A stretch of 64,000 bases of DNA from Myxococcales bacterium. GTDB lineage: Bacteria; Myxococcota_A; Polyangia; Polyangiales; Polyangiaceae. The stretch lies in the NCBI GenBank assembly GCA_043747615.1, contig JAYTOU010000091.1, positions 1 through 64,000 of the forward strand, in the 5' to 3' direction. The notes under the pieces were generated by a model, which was given only the letters and a program-made list of their open reading frames with translations, did not search any database and was not told the origin of the DNA. The stretch's first letter is position 1; the number at the start of each line of letters is the position of its first letter. Below are positions 9,143 through 18,813 of the stretch, piece by piece. The position numbers and the translations under genes are program-made.

Positions 9143-10246
9143 ATGCGCAGCCTTGCCGTGCCTTTTTTTCTCACGTTGAGCGGTCTGGTCTTCGTTGGCA
9201 ATCTCGCCGCGGGCTGCGGCAGCACACCGTCCTCGGGCAGCACACCGTCTTCGGGCAGCGCGCCCCTCGGTGACGCGGGTGTGGGAGCCTCGGATGTCGA
9301 CGGCGCGCAGCCGGGCGCGGATGGCGCCTCACTCGATGCGGCTACGTCAGACGGCGCGCTTCACCCGAGCGACGGCGGAACGGATCCCAACGGAGACGGA
9401 CCGTACCCGTATGCGGAGAAAGACGCGACGACGCTCGTCGCGGCGACCGGCGACAACGTGGCCATCCACGTGGCCTACCCGAAGGGCGCGGGAAGCTTTC
9501 CGGTCATCGTCTTTGGACATGGTTTTCAGCTCATGCCGCCGCAGTACTACGGGTATCTGCGTCGGCTCGCGTCGTTCGGGTACGTGGCGATGACCGTCAA
9601 CTATCCCGCCGCGGCCAGCGGCCCAAACAATCCGAACGAAGCCAAGGACATGATCGCCGGCATCGACTGGGCTGCGGCCGACGCAACGTTCGGCGCCAAC
9701 GTGGACACCGCCAAGGCGGGTACGACGGGTCATTCGCTTGGCGGCAAAGTTGCGCTCCTTGCTGCGACGCTCGACGCTCGCGTGAAGGCCTCGATCGTCC
9801 TCGACCCCGTCGACGACGGCGGTCCGTCTGGCTGCACTGCGCCGGCGTGCGTGAACGTGGCGAGCCTCCTGCCGGGCTTGCATGTGCCCACTGGCTTTCT
9901 CGGCGAAACCATCGACGAAGCGGGCATGTTCGGAGCCTGCGCGCCGGCGGCATCCAACTTCACGACCTTCTACGCGAAGGCGAACGCGCCGAGCCTAGAG
10001 GTCACCGTCGCCGGCGCCAACCACATGAGCTTTCTCGACGACGTGAGCACGTGCGGCTTCGTCTGCGGCTTCTGCAATGCCGCGACCGCTCCGAACGCGC
10101 AGGTGAACCAGCTGGCGCGCGCGTTCATGGTCGCCTTCTTCGAGCGGCATCTGCGTGGCAACGCGGCCTTTGAAACCTACCTCACGGGCGCCGCTGCGCA
10201 GGCCCGTTACGTGGCTACGACCGAAGCGTCGATCCTCTCGAAGTAG
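9143..10246 (+). CDS. Alpha/beta hydrolase lipoprotein (chlorophyllase/cutinase-like)
   Basis: Lipobox LAAG-C, low-complexity linker, HGF oxyanion motif, GHSLGG nucleophile, LDPVD and ANHMSFLD. Confidence 0.8.
   Translation: MRSLAVPFFLTLSGLVFVGNLAAGCGSTPSSGSTPSSGSAPLGDAGVGASDVDGAQPGADGASLDAATSDGALHPSDGGTDPNGDGPYPYAEKDATTLVAATGDNVAIHVAYPKGAGSFPVIVFGHGFQLMPPQYYGYLRRLASFGYVAMTVNYPAAASGPNNPNEAKDMIAGIDWAAADATFGANVDTAKAGTTGHSLGGKVALLAATLDARVKASIVLDPVDDGGPSGCTAPACVNVASLLPGLHVPTGFLGETIDEAGMFGACAPAASNFTTFYAKANAPSLEVTVAGANHMSFLDDVSTCGFVCGFCNAATAPNAQVNQLARAFMVAFFERHLRGNAAFETYLTGAAAQARYVATTEASILSK
9218..9259 (+). repeat. 18-bp in-frame tandem repeat (GSTPSS x2 plus partial copy)
   Basis: ggcagcacaccgtcctcg / ggcagcacaccgtcttcg / ggcagc. 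Confidence 0.85.
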
Positions 10247-10289
10247 TCGGCGCTTTCCGCGCCCACGCAAAGTGACTACACCGTTGGAG

Positions 10290-11450
10290 ATGTCGAGTCT
10301 GGATCTTCACCCGGTCGAGCGCGCGCGAGCGATAGGCAAGATCATCTCGCCGCTGTCGAACGCAATCGAGGAGTCGAGGCGCTTGCCACACGAAGTGGTG
10401 CGCGCGCTGACGGAGGGGGGCCTCTTTAAGCTCGTCGTATCGCGCGAGCTGGGGGGCGGAGGTGCGTCTGCGCTCACACTGCTGACGGTCATCGAAGAGA
10501 TCGCGCGCGCGGACGGATCGGCGGGTTGGTGCACCATGATCGGCGCTGTTTCCGGCCTGATGAGCGCGTTCCTCGAGGAGGGGGTGGCGCGCGAGATCTA
10601 CTCCCCCGCAGACGCGATCACCTGCGGAGTCGCCGCTCCGATGGGGCGCGCAACTCCCGTCGACGGCGGCTTTCGCGTCACGGGGCGCTGGGCGTTCGCC
10701 AGCGGCTGCGAACACTCAGCGTGGAGAATGGTCGGAACCATCGTCGCGCAGGATCCTCCCGAGCGATTGCCGAGCGGAGCGCCGGACGTGAGATGCGTGC
10801 TCCTCCGCGCCGAAGACACCAAGGTCATCGACACGTGGACGACGCACGGTCTGCGCGGCACGGGCAGTCACGATCTCGGCGTGACGGACGCATTCGTGCC
10901 GGCGTCGCGCACGTTCTCTCTCCTGTCGACGCCGATGCGGCGCACGGGGCCAATTCACCGCTTGCCTTTCCTCGGCGTGCTCGCTGCGGGGGTCGCTGCC
11001 GTATCTCTTGGTATCGCGCGAGCAGCAATCGATGAGTTCTTGGAGCTTGCTCGCAGCAAGACTCCGCTCGGGTCGAAGCGCGGCATCGCGCACCGAGAGC
11101 TCATACAAATGGCCGTCGCACAGGCGGAGGCCAAAGTGCGCAGCGCCCGCGCGCTGCTTCACGAGCGCATCGAAGCCGCAGAAGCGGAGACCGATCTCGG
11201 TGAGGCCCTCTCCCTTCACGCCCGCGCGCTCTTGCGTATCGCTGCGTGCAACGCCGCCACAGAATCTGCCGCTGCGGTCGACCTGGTTTACACCGCCGCG
11301 GGAGGCACCTCGATCTACGCGACGAGCCCGCTACAACGCTGCTTCCGTGACGTGCACGTGACCACGCAACACGCGATGGTCTCCTCGACCATGGCGACGC
11401 TCGCGGGCCGCGTGCTCCTCGGCGTCGAGACGGACGCGTCGGCGCTGTGA
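10290..11450 (+). CDS. Acyl-CoA dehydrogenase-fold flavin-dependent hydroxylase (HsaA-like oxygenase subunit)
   Basis: GSAGW, GRWAFASGC, DTWTTHGLRGTGSHD and LQRCFRDVH; GGAG precedes the ATG. Confidence 0.85.
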   Translation: MSSLDLHPVERARAIGKIISPLSNAIEESRRLPHEVVRALTEGGLFKLVVSRELGGGGASALTLLTVIEEIARADGSAGWCTMIGAVSGLMSAFLEEGVAREIYSPADAITCGVAAPMGRATPVDGGFRVTGRWAFASGCEHSAWRMVGTIVAQDPPERLPSGAPDVRCVLLRAEDTKVIDTWTTHGLRGTGSHDLGVTDAFVPASRTFSLLSTPMRRTGPIHRLPFLGVLAAGVAAVSLGIARAAIDEFLELARSKTPLGSKRGIAHRELIQMAVAQAEAKVRSARALLHERIEAAEAETDLGEALSLHARALLRIAACNAATESAAAVDLVYTAAGGTSIYATSPLQRCFRDVHVTTQHAMVSSTMATLAGRVLLGVETDASAL

Positions 11451-12289
11451 CGACCGTGACCTCACGCGCGCTCGCTGGCCAAATCGCGGTCGTCACAGGC
11501 GCCAGTCGCGGCGTAGGCAAAGGCATTGCTCTCGGCCTCGGCGAGGCGGGCATGACCGTCTACGTCACCGGTCGAACGACGACCGAGGGCGCGCGGCCGG
11601 GGGACATGCCGGGGACCATCGAAGAGACCGCCGCTCAGGTCACCGCCGCCGGTGGTCGCGGCATCGCAGTCGCGTGCGATCACGCGGTCGACTCTGACGT
11701 CGAGGCGCTCATCGCGCGCGTCATCGCTGAAAACAGCCGGATCGACGTTCTAGTGAACAACGCGTTCGCCATTCCGAACGGCAAGATCACCGGCCCCTTC
11801 TGGGAGCTGCCACTGTCTCAATGGGACACCATGCATCGCGTGGGTCTGCGCTCTCACTACGTCGCGAGCCTCCTGTGCGCGCCGCACATGGTGAACGTGA
11901 AGCGCGGGCTCATCGTCAATGTCTCGTCGTTTGGAGCAAAGATTCGCGCCGTCAACGTGGCCTATGGCGTAGGCAAAGCGGGGCTTGATCGCATGTCGCG
12001 CGACATGGCCGCAGAGCTCACGCCTCACGGCGTTTGCGCGGTCTCGTTGTGGCCGGGCATCGTCAAAACCGAGAGGCTCTTGCTCGAACCAGATCGCCTA
12101 GGGTTCGACCCGACCCACGGTGAGTCGCCTCTCTTCAGCGGACGGGCGGTCGCTGCGATCGCCACTGATCCGAAGCGCATCGAGCGCGCCGGACAAGCCC
12201 TCGTGGTCGCGGAGCTCGCCCGCGAGTATGGATTCACCGACATCGACGGAACGCAGCCGCGCTCTCTTCGCGACGAAAAAAAGTCTTAG
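11447..12289 (+). CDS. Short-chain dehydrogenase/reductase (DHRS1-like)
   Basis: TGASRGVG, LVNNA and YGVGK (YxxxK); GTGA overlap with the upstream gene. Confidence 0.9.
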   Translation: MTTVTSRALAGQIAVVTGASRGVGKGIALGLGEAGMTVYVTGRTTTEGARPGDMPGTIEETAAQVTAAGGRGIAVACDHAVDSDVEALIARVIAENSRIDVLVNNAFAIPNGKITGPFWELPLSQWDTMHRVGLRSHYVASLLCAPHMVNVKRGLIVNVSSFGAKIRAVNVAYGVGKAGLDRMSRDMAAELTPHGVCAVSLWPGIVKTERLLLEPDRLGFDPTHGESPLFSGRAVAAIATDPKRIERAGQALVVAELAREYGFTDIDGTQPRSLRDEKKS

Positions 12290-12306
12290 GTGGAGCTTTC
12301 GCTTTT

Positions 12307-13008
12307 TTAGAAGCCGATCGCCAAGGTCCCCGCTACGACGGCGTACCCGCGGAGGTTGTCGACCTCCCGCTCCGACGGTCCAGAGAGCACGCCCGTGACT
12401 GCGCCGCCGATGCGCACGTCGGCATCCTCGAGCCCGAGCGCGTACTCGATCCCGAGTCGCACGGTGCCGATGCCCGCGTTGCCGCTTGCGTCCGGTTTGC
12501 TCACATGCGCCAAGCCGAACCCCATGCCGAACACCGGGTGCACCGGGCCGCGCTTGTGGAAGTCAAGGGTGAGCTCGCCGGTATACTGGGCGAGGCCGTT
12601 TCCGAGCGGTGCGTTCAAGGCGAGCGCGTCGTTGTGCTCTTCGCCGCGCATCCACGCCGCAGCGATCCGAGCGCCCACGGTGCCGGTCCCGAAATCTGCT
12701 GCGAGACCGAGGCCAAGCCCGAGACCGCGTCCGCTGGTGACACCGGCCGGTCCGAGGTTGAGGCGAAACGGCGAGCGATAGGCCTCACGCAGAGGCTCGG
12801 GGGCGTAGGGCGAAGGGTCATAGTGATCGTCATAAGCGGGCTCGGTTCTCACCACGGGTGCGTCGGGCAGCGGTGCGGCGTAGCGGCCCTCCAAGCCGCT
12901 CGGATTGCCGACACTGACCGTTGCTTCGTCCGCCCGCGCAGAAAGCTCGCCGAAAAACGTCATCAGCAGGGCCGACCCACATGCCAAGAAAACTTGATCC
13001 GCTCGCAT
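12307..13008 (-). CDS. Hypothetical exported protein, probable small outer-membrane beta-barrel
   Basis: Signal peptide ending ARA-D, alternating amphipathic strands, C-terminal TLAIGF. Confidence 0.6.
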   Translation of the reverse strand: MRADQVFLACGSALLMTFFGELSARADEATVSVGNPSGLEGRYAAPLPDAPVVRTEPAYDDHYDPSPYAPEPLREAYRSPFRLNLGPAGVTSGRGLGLGLGLAADFGTGTVGARIAAAWMRGEEHNDALALNAPLGNGLAQYTGELTLDFHKRGPVHPVFGMGFGLAHVSKPDASGNAGIGTVRLGIEYALGLEDADVRIGGAVTGVLSGPSEREVDNLRGYAVVAGTLAIGF

Positions 13009-13104
13009 TATTACGATCCTCCGGATGGTGAACGCGCGGGAGCGGGGCAGCCTTACACCCTGTTTTGGCCGCGTATGAGCGGCTGTGCGGTATGCTCCCC
13101 GGTC

Positions 13105-13926
13105 ATGGGCTTTTGCGGGCTCCGCTTGCCATTTGCGCTCGTCTTTGCGGCCGTCTTATTGCCGTCGAGCGCGCACGCGCAGCCGCCACCCCGCACCTCG
13201 CCGGGCGGAGCGGCGCAAGCCTCCGCCAAAGACGCGGCCGAGGCGCAGGTGCACTTCAAGAAGGCGCGTGAGCTCTATCAGCAAGGAAGTTACCGCGACG
13301 CGCTCGGCGAGCTCGAGGCGGCGCACACCCTCGATCCCCAGGCGAAAGATCTGGTCTTCAATCTTTCGCTGGTGACCGAGAAGCTCGGCCGCATCGACGA
13401 CGCCCTGCGGTACATGCGGATGTACAGCGAGATGAACCTCGATGGCGGCGAGCGGGTCCGTGCAGAATCGGCGATCAGGCGGCTAGAAGGCGCGAAACGA
13501 GAGAAGCCCGAGGTGGTGCCAACTCCTCCAACGCCGCCGCCCGCACCGACGCCCGAGCCACCTTCGCGCGGCCGACTCGATGTCTGGACGTACACCGCGG
13601 CCGGCGTGGCCGTCGCCGGTTTCACGGTGGGCACGATCTTCGGCATCAAGGCCACGTCGGACAAGCCGGCCGCGGGTTTCACCACCGGATCCGGAGGCAT
13701 GTCGTACGCGTCGGTTCAGGCCAAGCAAGACACGGCTCACTCCGAGGCCGTCCTCGCCGACGTTTGCTTCGCGGTCGGCATCGCGGCGACGGTGAGCACG
13801 GCCGTTCTCTACTTCGCGCGCATGAAAAAACCTCATCACGTCGAAGCGCCGAAAGGCGGCGAGACAACGATTTCGGCGTCGGTCACTCCGCATGGCGGCG
13901 GCGTGCTCATCGGAAGGACGTTCTAA
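13105..13926 (+). CDS. Exported TPR protein with C-terminal hydrophobic hairpin and VTPHGGG..F tail
   Basis: Signal peptide ending AHA-Q, TPR-like helices, Pro linker, two hydrophobic helices. An alternative ATG lies at 13075. Confidence 0.75.
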   Translation: MGFCGLRLPFALVFAAVLLPSSAHAQPPPRTSPGGAAQASAKDAAEAQVHFKKARELYQQGSYRDALGELEAAHTLDPQAKDLVFNLSLVTEKLGRIDDALRYMRMYSEMNLDGGERVRAESAIRRLEGAKREKPEVVPTPPTPPPAPTPEPPSRGRLDVWTYTAAGVAVAGFTVGTIFGIKATSDKPAAGFTTGSGGMSYASVQAKQDTAHSEAVLADVCFAVGIAATVSTAVLYFARMKKPHHVEAPKGGETTISASVTPHGGGVLIGRTF

Positions 13927-15266
13927 TGGGCGCTCGTTTTGCCGCGCTCGGGTTCGTCGTCGCGCTCCTCGCGCTCCTCGTGGGGAGTGGCGGCTGCGAA
14001 GCAATCGTCGGAAGCGACGTGCCCGCGTTCACCTGCTCCGGCACGGAGCTCGCCGCGTGCCCCGCTGGAAAATACTGCAAGGGCGCTGGCTGCGTGGCCT
14101 GTGAGAAGCTCGACATCTGCGACGGCCTCGACAACGACTGCAATGGCAAGATCGACGACGGGCCCGGCAGCGACAAGGACGGCGACACGTACACGATCTG
14201 CGGTCATCTCTCGGCAGATGGAAAAATGCTCGTCGAGGTCGACTGCAACGACAACGACCCGATGGTCCACCCGGGTGCCAAAGAGATCTGCAACGGCGTC
14301 GACGACGACTGCGACGGCGTGATCGACGAGCCGAGTGTCGTCTGCCCTCCGGATCAAGTTTGCGCGCCGCGTTTGCAGTCGTGCATCCCCGCTGCCGCCG
14401 CTTGCTCGCCGGCGAATTGCGCGCCCCCCAAGGTGTGCGATCCGGCGACGCAGCAGTGCGCGAACCCCGACGCGAACTTCGACATCGGCCTCCCGTGCGC
14501 GTCGGACAAGGAGTGCAAGAGCGGGATCTGCGGCGACAAGTCGACCCTTGGAGCCGCGGCCAACCAACGGAGCGTGTGCACCAAGACGTGCTGCACCTCA
14601 GACCAATGCGATGCGGGCTTCGTCTGCTTCGCTCCGGGCACGGGCGGGAAATACTGCGTGACGCCTGCACTCGCCGGCAGCCGAGGCGGGCTCGGCGCAC
14701 TTCGCGGCGGCGAAGCGTGTGGAACCGATCCCACCAGGTGCCGATCCGGCGTGTGCGGGAACGGCAAATGCGTCGACACGTGCTGCGCCGACTCGGACTG
14801 CCTCAACGGTACGACCTGCCGTCTCGAAGGGGTGACCGGCCACACCGTCTATTCCTGCGGGGATCCGCCGGGCGGCGCGGGCCGCAACTCGACTTGCAGC
14901 TTCGATTCCTCGTGCAAGAGCAATTTTTGCGCGAACTACGATGGATTCACCTCGCGCTGCATCGCGACGTGCTGCGCGTCGACGGCGTGCGGCTCGATCA
15001 CCATCTTCGGTACGTCCGTGCCGGTGGCATGCATCGTCGCCAGCGCAGCGCAGACCAAGGGGGATTACTCGTCCGTATGCGCTGGGCTTCCATCGGCAGG
15101 CGCGGGACAAAAATTCGGCGACACGTGCGCAACGGGCGCGGACTGTCTGTCCACGTTCTGTGAAACTGGACACTGCACGAGCGTGTGCTGCCTCGACACC
15201 GATTGCCCCGCGCTGAGCGTGTGCAGGCCGGGGACGGACGGCGTCCTTCGCTGCATCAAACCGTGA
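13926..15266 (+). CDS. Cys-rich lipoprotein with MopE-like putative metal-binding repeats
   Basis: Lipobox [16 protein letters not shown] and [12 protein letters not shown] repeats, many CC/CxxxxC modules; TAATG coupling to the upstream gene. Confidence 0.8.
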   Translation: MGARFAALGFVVALLALLVGSGGCEAIVGSDVPAFTCSGTELAACPAGKYCKGAGCVACEKLDICDGLDNDCNGKIDDGPGSDKDGDTYTICGHLSADGKMLVEVDCNDNDPMVHPGAKEICNGVDDDCDGVIDEPSVVCPPDQVCAPRLQSCIPAAAACSPANCAPPKVCDPATQQCANPDANFDIGLPCASDKECKSGICGDKSTLGAAANQRSVCTKTCCTSDQCDAGFVCFAPGTGGKYCVTPALAGSRGGLGALRGGEACGTDPTRCRSGVCGNGKCVDTCCADSDCLNGTTCRLEGVTGHTVYSCGDPPGGAGRNSTCSFDSSCKSNFCANYDGFTSRCIATCCASTACGSITIFGTSVPVACIVASAAQTKGDYSSVCAGLPSAGAGQKFGDTCATGADCLSTFCETGHCTSVCCLDTDCPALSVCRPGTDGVLRCIKP

Positions 15267-15280
15267 GCGTCGCCCAGGCC

Positions 15281-16612
15281 ATGTCCAACTACAACGCTCA
15301 CTTTCGGTGTTTCGCTGGCTGCGCGGGCACGTTTTCCCTCACCACGCCGATCTACCGCTGCCCCACGTGCGACGGTCTCCTCGAGGTGCACCACGACATC
15401 GAAGCCCTTCGCACGAAGAGCGCGGAGGAATGGAAGCGTCTCTTCGACGATCGCTACAAGCGCACGAGCTGGCCGTACGGGTCGGGCGTGTGGGGGAAGC
15501 GGGAGTGGGTCGCCCCCGCGGTGCCCGACGACCTCATCGTCTCCACCGACGAAGGCGGGACGAACATGTTCTGGGCAGAGCGGCTCGGAAAAGAAATCGG
15601 CGTCGAAGATCTCTGGGTGAAGCAGTGCGGCAACGCGCACACGGGCTCGTTCAAGGATCTCGGAATGACCGTCCTCGTCAGCACCGTCCGCGCGGCGCTT
15701 CGCGAAGGAACCTTGAAAACGAGGGTTTTGGCGTGCGCGAGCACCGGCGACACCTCGGCGTCGCTCGCGGCCTACGGAGCTGCGGCGGGTCTTCCGGTGG
15801 TCGTGCTCCTGCCGCGTGGCTTGGTGTCGGCAGCGCAGCTCGTCCAGCCGCTCGCGCACGGCGCGAAGGTGCTCGCCCTCGAGACGGATTTCGACGGGTG
15901 CATGGCGATCGTGAGGGAGCTCGCAACGCGTGAGCTCATCTATCTCGCCAACTCCATGAACCCGCTTCGCATCGAGGGCCAGAAGACGGTGGCCATCGAG
16001 ATCGTCCAGCAGTTCGACTGGGAGGTCCCCGACTGGGTCATCCTGCCGAGCGGCAACCTCGGAAACGCCGCAGCGCTCCACGCCGGCTTCAGGATGATGG
16101 TGGATCTCGGGCTCACCAAAGGCTATCCGCGCCTGTGCGTGGCGCAGGCCGAGAACGCCAATCCGATGTACCGCGCGTTCGCGGCGGGCGACTCCACCGT
16201 CACGCCGATCGCGGCGAAGAAGAGCCACGCCAGCGCCATCCAAATCGGCAACCCGGTGAGCGCACCGCGAGCCATGGCGGCTCTCAAGGCGATGAACGGC
16301 GTCGTCGAGCAGGCAAGCGAGGACGAGCTCGCCGATGCCTGCGCGCGCGCCGATCGCACGGGTCTCTACACGTGCCCTCACACCGGGGTCGCCCTCGCGG
16401 CCGCATTCAAGCTGCGCGAGCGCGGGCTCATCGAGGACGACGATCGGGTGATCGTGATCTCGACGGCAAACGCGCTCAAGTTCACGGAGTTCAAGATGGG
16501 CTACAACGAAGGCACGCTCGCCTCCGTCACGTCCAAGCACGCGAACGCCCCGATTCATCTCCCGGCGGACGTCGAACGCGTCTGCGCCGAGATTTCTCGG
16601 CTGAGCGTCTAA
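15281..16612 (+). CDS. thrC: Threonine synthase (plant/cyanobacterial-type subfamily)
   Basis: [20 protein letters not shown]-lysine motif, [28 protein letters not shown]. An alternative GTG start lies at 15263. Confidence 0.92.
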   Translation: MSNYNAHFRCFAGCAGTFSLTTPIYRCPTCDGLLEVHHDIEALRTKSAEEWKRLFDDRYKRTSWPYGSGVWGKREWVAPAVPDDLIVSTDEGGTNMFWAERLGKEIGVEDLWVKQCGNAHTGSFKDLGMTVLVSTVRAALREGTLKTRVLACASTGDTSASLAAYGAAAGLPVVVLLPRGLVSAAQLVQPLAHGAKVLALETDFDGCMAIVRELATRELIYLANSMNPLRIEGQKTVAIEIVQQFDWEVPDWVILPSGNLGNAAALHAGFRMMVDLGLTKGYPRLCVAQAENANPMYRAFAAGDSTVTPIAAKKSHASAIQIGNPVSAPRAMAALKAMNGVVEQASEDELADACARADRTGLYTCPHTGVALAAAFKLRERGLIEDDDRVIVISTANALKFTEFKMGYNEGTLASVTSKHANAPIHLPADVERVCAEISRLSV

Positions 16613-16905
16613 CCGCCGTCGGCGTCGGAGGCGTCGTCGGCATCCGCGGGGGTCGCGCCGTCGCTCGAGTCGACGGCCGCAGTGTCGGTGAGCACGTCGC
16701 TCGCCGCGTCCATCGCAGCGTCGTTCACGGTACCGTCGCCCTGAGCGTCCATCGTCACCGGCGCGTCCGTCGACGTCTCCGACACGGAGGCATCGACCGT
16801 CCCTGAATCGATCTTGGTGCGATCGAAATCCACCGCGAGCTCGCAGCCCGCGACGCCCATCATCCCGAGCACACCGAGTGCCACCGCGCGTCTGATGTTC
16901 TTCAT
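16609..16905 (-). CDS. Small acidic lipoprotein
   Basis: [21 protein letters not shown] lipobox followed by a D/A/S/T-rich tail; starts 4 bp after the upstream stop. Confidence 0.7.
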   Translation of the reverse strand: MKNIRRAVALGVLGMMGVAGCELAVDFDRTKIDSGTVDASVSETSTDAPVTMDAQGDGTVNDAAMDAASDVLTDTAAVDSSDGATPADADDASDADGG

Positions 16906-16909
16906 CGTC

Positions 16910-17983
16910 TTAGAACCGCACCAAAGCGCCGGCCCCACCACCGTGCGGCGTTACGATCGGCGACGGCGTGACCGTCACTCTGTAAGGCTTGGCTGCGGCC
17001 CTGTACGGATGGCCGTTTTTCGCGGCGGCCGGAGCGGGAGCTTCGTCCTTCGTGAGGAAGAGAACGGCGCTGGTAACGCCGAGAGTGATGGCGACACCAA
17101 ACGCCATGTCGGCGATGAGCGCGTGGTTCTCGCCATCGTCGGCTTTTCCGGTCGTGGGGTTCTTGTCGAAATCACTCTTGTCCCCAAGGGCAACGACGCC
17201 GAAGGCCGTGCCGATGCCGGCAGCGACGATCGCCAGCCCGCCCGTGACGTACGCGGGGAGCTTGCTTCGCGGCTCGGGCGGCGGAGGCGCAACAGGAACG
17301 GCGGCGGCGTCGGCGACAGGAGGCGTCACCACGGCGACGGGAGCCGGCGCGGGCTCGAGCGTCACGTTCACGTCTTGCTTCGAGGCGAAGGTCACGTCGA
17401 TGTCCTTGTCGAACCCGAGCCGCCCATCGGCAGAAAAATGCAGCGTGTGATGACCGGGCGGTGCATCGAAGTCCGTCGGCGTGCCGGCGGCGCCGCCCAC
17501 ATGCTTTCCGTCGAGGAGGAGAGCCGCTCCCGCGGGCGTGCTCTCGGCGTGGACCTTCCCAGGAAGCGCTTTGATCTCCGCTTCACGCGCCTTGATCTCC
17601 TCGCCCTCTTTCGCAAGCTTCGGCGGCACGTCCGCGAGGAAGCGATCGTAGGCGGCGAGCGCCTCTGGGTAGTGTCCGAGCTTGTCCTGGCAGAGTCCGA
17701 TGAAGCGGGCGGCGTGCGGAGTAGCCTTGATGGCGTCCGCGGCTTGAAAATCAGTCAGCGCCCCTGCGTAGTCGGCGCTCTTGAACTTGGCCTCGCCGGC
17801 TAGATAGTGGGTCTTCGCGTCGTTGATGCCTGGCTTGGCGCCGGCACCCTTGGGCGCGGGCGCACCCGCGGCGGGCTTCGGGGCCGGCTGCGCGAGTGCG
17901 GCGCTTTGCGTGAGCGCGAGGCCCAGGGTGAGTGCGCCTGCGATCAGCTTTGCTTGAACTCGGATTCCACGTCTCGGGGTCAT
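16910..17983 (-). CDS. Exported TPR + PEGA domain protein with hydrophobic hairpin and VTPHGGG..F tail
   Basis: Signal peptide, TPR helices, PEGA-like STPAGAALLLDG..GTP..PGHHTL; AGGAGG RBS upstream. Confidence 0.8.
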   Translation of the reverse strand: MTPRRGIRVQAKLIAGALTLGLALTQSAALAQPAPKPAAGAPAPKGAGAKPGINDAKTHYLAGEAKFKSADYAGALTDFQAADAIKATPHAARFIGLCQDKLGHYPEALAAYDRFLADVPPKLAKEGEEIKAREAEIKALPGKVHAESTPAGAALLLDGKHVGGAAGTPTDFDAPPGHHTLHFSADGRLGFDKDIDVTFASKQDVNVTLEPAPAPVAVVTPPVADAAAVPVAPPPPEPRSKLPAYVTGGLAIVAAGIGTAFGVVALGDKSDFDKNPTTGKADDGENHALIADMAFGVAITLGVTSAVLFLTKDEAPAPAAAKNGHPYRAAAKPYRVTVTPSPIVTPHGGGAGALVRF

Positions 17984-18255
17984 GAGCGGCCCTGCCTCCT
18001 GATTTGGAGCGCCCCGCCTACGCGGACGCTCCGTTTGCAGGCTACAAGACGCAAGGGAGTAAGCAAAGCCCCCCGCAGGGCCTCGACACCACGAGTCGAG
18101 ACGAGCGCCGCGCGTCCTACCCCCTCACGTGCCGAACGTACGATTTCGTGACAAAGACTCCGCGGTCGCGGCAATCCCCTAGTGCCTCGCGTTGGTTCGA
18201 GGCGCATTGGCTCCGTTCGCCGGTGCTCACTTCCACCTAGAATTCAGGAGCTCCT

Positions 18256-18783
18256 ATGCGTCGTTCGACTTTCGTTGCCATCGCTTTTACGAGCGCCTCG
18301 GTTGCCCTTGCGTGCGGCTCGACGATCGACGTCGGGAAAAATCAGAGCGATGGGGGCGCTCAAGCCACTGGGGACGGAGCTGCGGCAGGCGCTCCTCTCA
18401 GTCCTGCAGCCATGGCGAGCCAGTACCTCGCGAAGTGCAAAGTGGCCTGCGCTCCACCCAGCAGCGGCCCATGCAAATCAGCGGATCTGAACGCGTGCAT
18501 CGAGTCGTGCACGGGCTTCACCGAAGGCTTGGTCGTGGGTTGCGCCCAATGCGTCATCGAGCATTCGGAGTACACGGGCGTCACGTGCACTCCTAGCCCG
18601 TGCGGCACCCGTTGCCCGCCGGTTTTTTGCGACTACCCCAACTGCGCCCTCAGCAGCTGCGGCGGCGCGGCAGGCCAACCCCCACCGCCGTGCGATCCCG
18701 CGTGCACGCCGAGCGACGAGAAGTGCAACGGATTTCGTCTCGCGAAGACGACGGACTCCGAGTGCACTTCTCTGTGCAAGTGA
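18256..18783 (+). CDS. Cys-rich lipoprotein
   Basis: Lipobox ALA-C, dense Cys pattern, AGGAG RBS upstream. Confidence 0.7.
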   Translation: MRRSTFVAIAFTSASVALACGSTIDVGKNQSDGGAQATGDGAAAGAPLSPAAMASQYLAKCKVACAPPSSGPCKSADLNACIESCTGFTEGLVVGCAQCVIEHSEYTGVTCTPSPCGTRCPPVFCDYPNCALSSCGGAAGQPPPPCDPACTPSDEKCNGFRLAKTTDSECTSLCK

Positions 18784-18813
18784 GGTAAGTCGGCGGAGGC
18801 GCGGACGGCGCGC

